From: Lophium mytilinum
Taxonomy: Eukaryota
Direction of reading: 5' to 3'
DNA: 64,000 nucleotides
Assembly (NCBI GenBank): GCA_010093605.1
Contig: MU004191.1
Location: 790,816 to 854,815 of the forward strand
Shown here: positions 1 through 12,067 of the stretch, piece after piece
How positions within the stretch are numbered: the first letter of the stretch is position 1
How the letters are laid out: the number at the start of each line of letters is the position of its first letter
Program-made: the position numbers and the translations under genes
Notes under the pieces: generated by a model
What the model was told of the DNA's origin: nothing
The model's database searches: none
What the model saw: the letters and a program-made list of their open reading frames with translations, nothing else

Positions 1-370
1 TATTAGATAGTATTATTCTTAAAATTCTTAAGTAGAAAGAAGTTTAATAGTAGTAGATAGATTATATTATATCTAATATTAAACTTCTTTATTAGCGCCT
101 ATATATATATAGCGCTCTACCTATTATTATATAGGGCGGAATTCTAAAATACTATATTTATATCTAAAGAATAGTTTAGTATTTTTAAGTATATATCTAG
201 TATAGATAATATATTAATAATAGCTACTATAGACTAATCTTTAAACTTAGTATAATAGCTCTTTAATACTTATATTATACTAGAGTAGTATAATATTATT
301 TCTCTAAGCTCTATAAAAAGCTTCTTTATATAATTATTTTAGCGCTTAAATAAGTTAAGTATACCTAAAG

Positions 371-1360
371 TATAGTTATTTATTATATATAGTAAATAGA
401 TAGATATCTTAATAATTACTTACTTACCCTTTTAGTTATAAAGAGGTTTTAAGGTTTATAGATATTATATATATAAGGTATTAAGCTAGGCTTTAGTTAT
501 ATACGCATTAATCTATAAAGCTTTTAACTTCTTTATAGTTTCTACTAGGCGCGTATTTTATATATTATAGTCTACTAATAGAGTATTATACTACTATTAT
601 AGATTATATATATTAGCTTATATACTATAGTTCTTTAATATATTATATTATTACTAGAGTATTTATTTCTTAGTCTATATACACTTATATCTCTTTATAG
701 ATCTCTAGTTTACCTTTAATATATTATCTAAAGTATTATAAAGAACTAAAATCTTCTAATAGTACTAGTTCTTAATATTAATAATATATACTTCTATAAT
801 TATAAGATTCTTAGTTAAATATAGATTTATTATAACTATTATTTTAAATTCTTTCTATAGGGAGTTATAGTTATTTATTATACGTAGTAAATAGGTAGAT
901 ATCTTAATAATTACTTACTCGCCCTCTTAGTTATAAAGGGGTTTTAAGGTTTATAGATATTATACGCGTAAGATATTAAGCTAGGCTTTAGTTATATACG
1001 CGTTAATCTATAAAGCTTTTAACTTCTTTATAGTTTCTACTAGGCGTGTATTTTATATATTATAGTCTACTAATAGAGTATTATACTACTATTATAGGTT
1101 ATATATATTAGCTTATATACTATAGTTCTTTAATATATTATATTATTACTAGAGTATCTATTTCTTAGTCTATACGCGCTTATACCTCTTTATAGATCTC
1201 TAGTTTACCTTTAATATATTATTTAAAGTATTATAGAGAACTAAGATTTTCTAATAGTACTAGTCCTTAATATTAATAATATATGTTTCTATAATTATAA
1301 GATTCTTAGTTAGATATAGGTTTATTATAACTATTATTCTAAATTCTTTCTATAGAGAGT
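371..1360. repeat. Direct tandem duplication, 2 x 495 bp, RIP-mutated
   Basis: 371-865 and 866-1360 align end to end (both start tatagttatttattata and end ttctttctatagRgagt) and differ mostly by transitions. Confidence 0.9.
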
Positions 1361-2999
1361 TATACTTATTATATAAAGTATTCTAGTTTTCTATATAAAT
1401 ATATATTATACTATTATTTAGTATATTAAGTTCTTATATTTCTATTATATACTAAATAGGTATTATATAAATCTTATAGAATATTATTAATGCTAGTAGC
1501 TAGGGCTACAGCTTCTATATAGCCTATAATTCCGGCTATACTATATATTTAAAAGCTAGAGGCTCTAGAAATTTAAAGTCTTTTACTCTCTACACCTTTA
1601 AAATCTTAGGGGCGTCTAGTTTAGCTAATTATAGTAGTCTAGCGCTAGACTTAGCTAATTTAATAGATTATAGTAGTCTAGAGGCTATACTAGAATTCTA
1701 CTATAGAAATACGCGTATATTATTTATAAGTATAGAGGGGTCTATAATTTCTATAATTATAGGGAAAGGCATCTATAGTATAGAGTTTATATAGAGTACT
1801 AATAGTATAGAGGTTAGAAAAGAAGCTATTAATATATAAATTATATAGGATATTAATAGTATAGGGGTTCTAAGTAAGAGTAGCTTAACTTAAGTTCTTA
1901 TAAATAAGCTGCTGCGCCGCTTTTAACTACTAGATAGAATTTAGTTCTTAGCTTATAGCAGCCTATTACTATACCTACTATTAAGTATATTATTCTTAAG
2001 CTTACTTTATACTATCTAGTATATAACCTATAAACACACTAGAGTTATAGAGAGTAATAGATTACTAGAAGATATATAATAGTTACTTTTAGTATAAACC
2101 TTTATAAAGGTTCTTAGTAGAGAAATCTATATATAGTACTAAAATTTACTTTATAGATGCCCTATATATATTATACTTCTATTATTTCTTTATAGTATCT
2201 AATTATGCTATACTTAGAATTTCTTTATTTAGAGCTTAGTATCTCTTAAGGTCTACTTATAAGCTATATATCGGGTTTATATTTAAAGCTAGTACTAGAT
2301 TAAATAGCTTAATTATAAGCTATTAAATACTAACTCTATAGTTTTCTTTAATAGTATTAGAAAAACTATATAATACTTCTTTATTCTCTATAGTATAGTA
2401 GTTTCTATATAGCTTACTATATCTCTATATACTATTATTATCCTTAATAAGCTAAGGGCATCCTACTAATATTCTCTATAGATATAGTTTCTTTAATCTT
2501 ATAAAATCTCTAGAATAGTTCTATATAATATAATTAATTAATATCTCGCGCGCCTTAACTAGTAATACTATCTTAACCGTAATATAGTCTAATAAATAGA
2601 TAAAATATAGTAGAAGAATATCTACTATAGGTTCTATTAATATATTATATATAGTAAATCTATATACTAAAGAGCTTATATAGGCTATTTTATAGTTTTT
2701 ATCTTTTATAGCTAGTAGAATGCGTTTATTACTATTGCCCGGCTTCTAGTATTAGAGGTAGATTATTATGCGCAGCGTTTATTATAATAGAATTATATAA
2801 GGGGTAGGTAGATAGAATTTATTATATAGATTATGCGGCGGGTATAGCACCTATAGCGCGGCCGCTTTTTATTATAGTATTATAATAAAAAGTAAGGTTA
2901 TAAAGTTATAAAAGTTTATAATAGTTATTTTTATTATTAATATTACTAGAATAATAGTAATACTAAAGTTAGAAAAGAAATATACTAAAATACTAAGAT

Positions 3000-5900
3000 A
3001 CTAAAATACTAAAAATAAACTTACTATTACTCTATACGCTACTTGCGGCGCCTTTTATAGTCTTCTATAATAAAAGGCATATTCTCTATAAGCTATATAA
3101 CTAGTTTCTCTATTTTCTTCTTATAGCCCTTCTATTAAACTATATACTTACTACCTTATAGCGTTTACTTCTATTATATAATCTTTTCTATAATCTATTT
3201 CTCTTATTCTTTAATAAGAAGTAGTAGCGGTAGTACTATATCTTTTATTAATAGGTTTAGTATAGCTTACTCTAGATATACTATACTAATTACTAGATAA
3301 ATTCTACTATAGGTTTTTAGTAGGTAAAGTTTATATGCTAGGTTATTAACCCGTCTCTTAATTTTAAAAGGTTCTACTTTAATAGTAGATAGAGCTATAC
3401 TACCTAGTAACTTAAAACTAGGTTTTATTCCGCGTACTACTTTTAGATATACTAAGCCCTTTAGGTCTAGAATTATTCTTTTTCTATTATAGTATACTAC
3501 TATTTAGGCTTATACTAGCTTAAATATATTAGCTATATCCTATTATATTAATTCCCTATTAGTAAGAAAATCTAGTAATATATTATAACTACTCTTCTTC
3601 TAGAATATCTTAGGTAGTATTCTATATAGTACTTTAAATAGCGTATTCTTTATTAAATTATTAGGCGCTATATTTAAGCTATATTCTACTATTAGTAGGG
3701 CGTTCTACTATTCTATTTTATACTTACTAATAAGTAAGTATTAAAGTATAGTTTCTACTATCTAGTTTATTTATTCTACTTAGCTATTAGCTAATAGGTA
3801 GTATAAGGTTATTATATATAAGTTTATACTATATTTAGTAAAAACTTTCTACTAGAAAGTACTTATAAACTTAGGGTTATAATTACTAATAATAGCCTTA
3901 GGTAAGCCCTATATACTATATAACCTATTAAAAAAATATTCTACCTAGACCTCTATAGAGTCTATATTAATTTCTAGAATAAGTAGTACTACTTTTAAAA
4001 ATTTATCTATTACTATTATAAGCGTATTATATTTTTATAGGGAGACTAGTAGCTCTATAATAAAGTCTATTATAAGTATATAGAATAGCCTATCTAGAGT
4101 ATATACTAGTTTTAGTTTACTATATAGACGCTTTTTACTATATTTTAATATCTAGTATACTAGGTATGCGCTAATATATTTATCTACTTATTTTCTTAGT
4201 TTTAAAATATATACTTTATAATAAAGCTTCTAGTAAGTCTATACTAGTCTAGTATAGCTATATATATTATATACGGCCCTAATAGTATTATTAACTATAG
4301 TAATAGGTAAGTATATATACTTAGATTCTCTATCTCTTATATATAGTAGGCCTTAGTTAAATAGAAAACTATAGTAGGTTACTATTTTATCTAGAAATAC
4401 TTTAATCTTATTTCTAATATATTCTAGAATTACCCTAAACGCTTAGTTCTATAGTAAGTCTTCTTATATTCTAGTTTTATATTTATTCTTTACTATTATA
4501 GTAATTATTACTTAATACTATATAAGCTAAATATTAAGCTTATTCTTTTTCTATATAGTATCTCCTTCTACTAGAAGCTATAAAAGTCTATTAGCGTTAT
4601 TATAGTATTTCCCTAGTTTATAGATAATAGTTATATTATTAAGATATATTACTAGATATATTTTCTACTTCTTTAACCTCTAGAACCTATAATTTTTACT
4701 ATCTATCTATAATACTAACTATAGGGTATTATAATTAATATACGCAGTAAACTTATTTTCTTCTAGGTAATACTATAACTTATATAAGGCCTATACTAGT
4801 ACTCTAGCTTTAAGCTCTATAGCCTAATAGTTACACTTATATTTTTTTAGTTTGCGGCTAATAAAGTATATAGGGCGCTTAACTTTCTTTATATCTATCT
4901 AGTATAGGGCGGCTCTATAACCTTATTTCTTACTACTATTAATATATAAGATAAAGTCCTTATTAAAATCTAGAATAGCTAGAATAGGCGCTATATATAG
5001 CTTATTCTTAATCTTCTACTAGGCTTAAAGATATTTCTAGAATAGATTTTCTATATACTATTTCTCTATATAGGTTTTACACGCTCTACTCTCTAGTAGG
5101 CTATCTTTTAATTCTATTATTTTTAACTTATATAATAGGCTAATAATTTTTATATACCTCTAGACGTACTATTTATACTATCTAAAAAAGGTAAGCGCGC
5201 TTTCTAGCTTCTTAAGTATTTTAGAAAATTATAGGTTCTATATAGCTTTAGTCTTTTCTATAGTTATTTCTAGGCCTAGCCTTAATATATAATATTCTAG
5301 GGCGTCTAGACTAGAGTAAGTAAAATAGTATTTTACTAATAATAGCGTTACTTCTAAATTATATAGAAGGTATAGAATCTTATCTAGATATTCTAGATAT
5401 TCTTCTAGTATTCTAGAGTATATAAGAATATTATCTATATATACTATAATAAATTTCTAGAGGTATTTTATAAATATATACTCTATATAATATTAAAAGA
5501 AACCTAGTAAGTTTACTAGTTCTATTATAGCTATAGTAAGCTACTTATATTCTCTATAAAAGATAAAACTAGTTTTCTATCTATCTACTATATATAGCCT
5601 TTACTAGAAGAAACCTTTAACTATATCTATACTAGAGAAAATTATAGTACTACTAAGTTAGTTAAAGATTTTATTCTATTTAGATAGTAGATATATATTA
5701 GGGTATAGCTTTATATTAACCTTATATAGATTAACTACTACTCTTAGCTTACTATTTCTCTATACTATAAAAGCTAGCAATACAGCTACTATAGACTATT
5801 CTAGGGGAACCTTTTTAATTTATTTTTAAGTAATAAGTAAATCTAGAATTTTATCTATAGCCTTCTTATCTTTTATAGACTATTTATACGCTTTCTACTT

Positions 5901-8900
5901 TAGGCCTAGTATATCTATCTTATCTTAAAATAGAATAGGTATTTTAATACTATTATTAAATAACTCTAAAGGGCTATTAAATAACCTAAAATATTTAGAA
6001 AGAAGCTTTAGTATAGAGTTCTTATATTTCTTACTAAAGTATTCTAAGATATCTATATTTTTTATCTTAGGGGTCTCTTTCTAAAGGTTTAGTATAAATA
6101 GAATTAGGGGTTTACTATACTTATTATATACTTTTACCGCGAATACTAATATAAAATTAATATTTGCCTAGAATAATCCCTTTATCTTTTCCTTCTTAAA
6201 TCTTAATAGGTATCTAAGCTATCTACCTTTATAGAGTATAAGTAGTTACTCTCTAAAGTTTATAAATAGAATAGGACTATTAGTATCTAGTAGTATAGCT
6301 TATATACTATATCTATATATACTATAGGCCTTATCTATAAAATCTTAATAGGGAATAAATAGATATAGGCTAATATTCTTTTATTAGGCTTATATAGGTA
6401 AATTAAGGCTATAGCCTAGTTAGATAGTAATATCCTCTATTAAGAATACTCTTATTACTACTATTCTTAGTTTCTTTATTACTAGTAGCGTGCGCGCTAT
6501 TACTTTAATTAGAATTACTATCTCCCTTTTATATAGCTAATCTAGTCTCTTTTTATCCGCCTATATAATATTTAACCTAGCTAGTTAAAGTATATTAATA
6601 CCTAGTAGTAGGCCTATATTAAGGTTTAAAATAATATATACCTTAACTTTAATATTAACTAGTTCTTCTATACTAGAGAGGAAATATACTATAATATTTA
6701 TATACTATTTTATACTAACTAATTTTAAGCTAATTCTAGTTATAATAACCTTCTTTTTTTAATTTTTAATTTTTTTATGCGGGTAGTATTACTTAAGAAA
6801 AGTTTAGTCTATAAGTATAATTATAGAGCCTATATCTAGATTTACTCTAAATATTAATGCACCCTCTATAGGTGCTATAGCTAAGACTTTTATATTAATA
6901 TACTATAAGAACCCCTTACTAGACTTAATTTATTTACTAATTTTAATATAGTAGGTATATACTAAGATAGCTATACCCTCTATAACTAATAGGAATTTTA
7001 AGCTGTCCGGGGGTTTTATATCTAGTAGGTTGTAACCCGGTATTAATAATCCTCTTTCTTATTTTCTAAGAAGGAGGAGGAGGAGAAGTTATCTATAAGC
7101 TATTTAATATTATTAAGCGTGCTAGAGAAAGTATTAAAGTTATTATTATTATCTTTATATTTATCTACTTCTATCTTATAGGCTTTTATATTATCCCGGC
7201 TTACCTTATTCTAATTTAGGTATAGGCTTTACTAGTAGAATTTAGCTAGCTTTTCTAAAGCTTTATAGTACCTATAGGGCCTTTAGAGTTTACGCTTCTA
7301 GTACTTATTATTCTTATTATTTAAGCCTTTTATATTCTTAATACTAACTTTCTTACTATTATTTTCCCTAGTATCTAGTTTTATAGCGTATAGTCTATTT
7401 TATCTATTTTACTATAATAAATCTAACTAGTCCCCTAGTCTTCTATTAGTTTTTTCTAGTAGTATTTATATATAGTCTATAGCTAGAAATTATTCTATAT
7501 CCTTTACTAGCTTATTTATAATATACTATATCTATTCTACTACTAGAAGTTACTATTATACGCGTCTCTAGAAGTCTTATATAGTATCTCTAACTTTATA
7601 TACTATAACTATATTTATTAATACTAGTTTAAGGCCTTTCTATATATTATATATAATATTATATTTATCTATTATACTAGTATTATATAGAAGGTTAACT
7701 TTCTAAGTTATATACTCTAATAGTAATAGCTATTCTACCTTAAAAAACTAGAATTTTAACTTTCTAGCCTTTTTACGGGTAATATACCGCGGCATGCAGT
7801 ATTCTTAGATTAATTAGTCTTTCTAGTGCGCGAGGCTTTTATTTATTAGCTCTCTTATTATAGTAGATAAAGCTATATACTAGTCTACTACTATTTCTTA
7901 TAGATATAGTAGTAGTATAATTAAGACTTACTATTTACTAAATACTTATATAATTTATTTAAAGCGTTAAATAAAGGTTTCTATAGTTCTTTTATTAGGG
8001 TTCTAGAGTATTATATCTACTAGGTATAGCTTATATAGAGGTGTCTATATCTATTATAGATATATTATATTCTCTATATCTACTAATTATATCTAGTATT
8101 AGTTTTTTAGAGGTTTTTATAGATTTTCTAATAATACTTCTTATAATAGCCTTTATAGTTATATATATTTCTCTACTTTATCTTTCTATTAACTAAGATA
8201 CTATACTATATAATAATTATACTATACTAGGTTCTTATATATATTCTAATATCCGCGTTCTTATATACGCTGTTTATTTATCTAGAGGTACCTCTTATTA
8301 GGGGGGTATTTATTCTAGAAATATTATACTTTAGGCTGCGGGCATTATTTATTTATTTAAAGGCGTTATTTATTCTTAATAATCTTAAGTCTATTAAGAA
8401 TATTCTATATTATATTTAGTATAGTAGAATTTAGTATAGTAGAGTTTAGTATAGTAGGGTTTAGTATAGTAGGGTTTAGTATAGTAGAGTTTAGTATAGT
8501 AGAGTTTAGGTTTTTATTTAGTAGAGGGTGTATTCTAAGAAAGTCTATATTTTTATCTCTATTATCTACTTCTAGTACTTTATAAAAGTCTATAAGTAAG
8601 GCTCTCTATATAGTAAGTTTTAGATCTTTAAGTAGATACTATAGATTTTCTAGTTCTACTTATATAGCTACCTTCTAAAGATATTTTTTTTTTCTACTTC
8701 TATTAATAGATTAATACCTTATATAGTACTATAGTTTATATCTATAATTAGTATAAATACTATAGGCTAGTTAAAGTATTACTATACTACCTTCTAGATA
8801 AGTATAGCATTATCTTAGTACTTAGTCTTTAAATATCTAAGGCCTATCTACTATTAGTAGTAGGTTTAAATTAATTTCTAGCGGAGGGGGTTAATTATTA

Positions 8901-9983
8901 GTCCCTTCTAGTCCTTATATATTAGTAGTAGTAGGCTTTTAGAGGGCTTCTCTAAGAAAGAAGTATATAAAACTACCTTTCTACTTACTTAAAATATATA
9001 AGCCTAGCGTAACCTTTATAAAACTATACTATATTTCTATAGATTATCTATTAATAGCTATATCTAGTCTATATTAAAATTAATATCTAGCTCTAGAGCT
9101 ATATAAATACTATTTATAAGTATATATACTATTTTAGCTAGCTCTATATTATTTATTTTCTACTTATCTAGTACTATTAGGTTTTTATTATCTAGAGGGT
9201 ACTCTTATAGGATAATTTTAATAATCTAGAAAAGCTTATTATTATTAATATCTTTATTATTACTTCTACTTTATTATTACTCTTATTCTACTATAATACT
9301 ATATATATTTACTATTATATCTATAGAGAGCTATATAAGAAAATTAAAAAATAGAGAAAAAGATTAAGAAGCTACTATTATATATAATAATATATCCTAG
9401 TTTATTTTATTAGTAAGTATCTACTAGCTTTAAACTTTAAAGTACCTTAGTTAAGATACTTAGCTAAGGTACTAGAATAGTAGTAGAATATATATAAGTA
9501 GCTTTAACTTACTATAATAGTTATAGTAGGCGTATAAATAGTTTCTAGAGTTTTAAGACTACTATAGTAGGCCTATATAATAAAAAGAGGCTAAAGAAAT
9601 CTAGGTTTTTAATAACTTTAGTAAGTAAATAGTACTTACTAACTATATAAGCTATTAGAGAAAAGAGAAAGTTTACTAGATAGAGTAGATAGGTAGTTAG
9701 TAATCTCTAGGTTTTTAAAATATAGCTTAGCTACTAACTATTATATATAAGTAGTAGGTATATATTATATATATAATATATAAATTAGAATATTAATTAA
9801 TTAAGTAATAATACTAGCTACTAGAAAGAGAAAGAATTATAGAAGCTCTATAGCTTCTACCTCTATATTAAAGTAGTACGCTTCTAATAGCTACTATAGT
9901 TAATAATAAGCACCTATATAGCCCTACTACTAAGCTAGTAGATATTAATAATAAGAAGTTATAATTATTTAGGATTAACTACA
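3000..9983 (-). mobile_element. Ty3/Gypsy LTR retrotransposon relic (gag-pol, probably chromovirus), inactivated by RIP; ends approximate
   Basis: Minus-strand translation gives mutated motifs in Gypsy order: protease LDIGS (~6820-6840); RT FSSIDIVKGFF (~5605-5640), LTIAIIELVNLLGFF (~5495-5535) and YIDNILIYS (~5415-5445, a YxDD motif after G>A); integrase IIDFIIEL (~4050-4075) and PKFISTF (~3850-3880); chromodomain-like IEKII...KGY (~3120-3200). A possible outer LTR end (TGT on the minus strand) lies at ~9983; no matching second LTR was recognised. Confidence 0.85.
8415..8510. repeat. 15-bp minisatellite (tttagtatagtagRR) x ~6
   Basis: Tandem units directly visible. Confidence 0.85.
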
Positions 9984-10769
9984 TATATATGAAAATAGAA
10001 GCAAGAAAAGATAGAAATATTAAACTTTTAATACGTGAGGTTCACGACGGTTAGACTTATAAGTTCGCGCAGCTTAAGCACCCCGGCCAACTACCTCATA
10101 GCCTTGCTCACCGCAGCGCAAGGATACCTACGTAAACTGGCACCCCATCGCTCTCAATCTGCACTCATCCCCGGGATCTTTCGTCGATCAATTGCCGCGC
10201 TTGCTCGAGTACTGGACGGCTGCGGACTGGTCCCCTTGCAAGGCAGAGCTGGCGTGCCTGAAATAGACTAAGTTTGTGAGATGCGGAACGGATTCGGGGG
10301 CCGATCTATCGGAATGCCGAATTAAGAAGAGATTCTCCCTGCGCGATCAGTGCGTGGCTGTCGATCCTAGGGCTGTGGGGATCGCGGCGCAGTTGGCGAG
10401 GCTGACGGTCTGCGGTTAGTGTTGTGTGATGTCACTGTCGGGCCGAAGCTTGAGAGCACAAGAGAGACTTCAGTTCTTGGAACTTTGAGCACGAGTCGGG
10501 GTGATGATGACATTTACGCGCTGCATTGACTATGAGGAGGATCAGAGACGTGGAAAAGATCCAATTCGGGCGGAGAGGTGACGAGATTCGGATTGGCCCA
10601 GGACGAAGAAGCTTTCGTCAAGCATCTAGGAAGTCGAATAAATTCTGGTGTACCAGGACCTTGATATCGATCACGCTGGCAAAAGGATAGAGGAAGAGGG
10701 TTGAAATCGGGTCCACAGTTTTAGGATCGAGAGGCGGCTCCGAGGTATCTTGGTGGACACTTTGCCCTC

Positions 10770-11125
10770 TTTAGTTGCTTTAAGTTACAGATCTAACCGC
10801 GCAAGTTATTTTTAATAGAGCATTACTTACCTTTTGGACGAGCCTCTAAATCGCGCCCGAGGAATCAGGCTTGGATAAAGTCGCTGGGGTGACTCTATAG
10901 AGAGATTACCTTTGTTAGTTACAAGAAGTCACAGATCCAACCGCGCAAGTCATTTTTAACAGGCCCGGAGGGTACGCGGTGTCTACATATCATAGTCGCA
11001 TTTCTTACCTTTTGCACGACCCTCTAAATTGCGCCCATGGATTTAGGCTCGAAAGAGGTCGCTGGGGTGCGTCCGTGGAGAGATTGCCTCCGTCAGTTAC
11101 AAGAAGTCACAGATTGAACCGCGGG
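10770..11125. repeat. Degenerate non-coding tandem repeat, ~145-180-bp units (2 full + 1 partial)
   Basis: The motif agtYacagatYYaaccgcg recurs at ~10783, ~10927 and ~11106. The blocks cttacctttt...ctctaaat...cgccc...gtcgctggggtg...gagagatt are shared between units. Confidence 0.75.
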
Positions 11126-11545
11126 AGACCATTATTTAGGAGACGCGGAGGGTAGGCTCAGGGAAGTGTTTAGTGCGGGAGGGGCTCAGTTGGGCCGCGG
11201 ATTCGAGGTTGATCTTGGTGTGGCAAGATGTATAAAGGGGAGCCAATCCGTGCAATTTGAACGCGATTTTGGTATGTTATTGCTGTGCACTGTATATCAA
11301 GCCTTGGGATTGGGGGGCACTCACGGAAAGCTTACCTCCATTAGTCACAAAGAGTCACTTTTCTGACCGTGTAATTCTTTTTTCGGTAGACGAAGAGGAT
11401 ACCCAAGGGCTACGCAGGGCTAGTTATTTAGATCAAAGGTTTTATGTCATGACGTTTCGTTCCAAAAAGTAGTAAAGAGTCCAAGAACTAAAGAAGAAAA
11501 CCTATCTTATACAGCAGTAACTTTTCATTACCCCCTTACCCCTTC

Positions 11546-11890
11546 TCACTCACCCTTAACAAACTCTTCCGTCAATCGTACATACTTAATCCGCTGCCTC
11601 CAAAACGTATACGCCACATGCACCGTCCCATCCTCCTCCACCGCTATACTTGGATAACTAATCTCCCGATTCAGCTTCTCCGCCGAGTTATTCGTTAAAC
11701 AAAACCCATCCCCATCCTCCAATATTTTCGTCTCCCACGTCCTCCCCAAATCTCCACTGACACTCACCGTCAACGCCTTCCGCGGCGCACCCCAGAACGC
11801 CTCCTTCGCCACCGTCGCTGGCTGGTTCACCCGCGTATCCTCAGCCGGCGTAATATCATCATACAACCCCTCTCGGCGTGGCATGCCCGA
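11546..11890 (-). pseudogene. 3' fragment of a BNR/Asp-box (sialidase/neuraminidase-like) gene, 5' part missing
   Basis: 112 aa with the Asp-box SGDLGRTW, E-I-S-Y-P-S-I and VHVAYTFWRQRIKY, typical of the C-terminus of fungal BNR_2 beta-propeller proteins. An in-frame TGA lies three codons upstream of the Met, and no N-terminal part was seen in the window. Confidence 0.8.
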
Positions 11891-12067
11891 TCAAAGCCTT
11901 TCGCTCGGCTCCTATTCCGAGCCTTCTGTTCGACTTCCCCCAAACACATTCGGGCTTCCTCTTCACTCGAACCATCAAGACGGCTCCGTACCGTCAGTGA
12001 CCAGTCCTTTGCTAAGTCTCACACATAACTAGTTGCTCGGCATCTCGTCCTCGTCGTGGAACGAAGA

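Larger units (their letters stand above)
1..10030. repeat. RIP-degraded AT-rich repetitive block
   Basis: Very low GC, strong TpA excess and near absence of CpA/TpG. The ORF track has no ORF before 10035, and composition returns abruptly to normal at ~10030. This is the classic footprint of repeat-induced point mutation (RIP). Confidence 0.95.

Noticed and set aside
8415..8510. Telomeric repeat
   Set aside because: The unit is 15 bp (tttagtatagtagRR), not tandem TTAGGG, and lies inside the RIPed element.
10770..11125. CRISPR-like repeat-spacer array
   Set aside because: Eukaryotic context, degenerate repeats, inter-repeat sequence that is itself homologous, and no cas genes.
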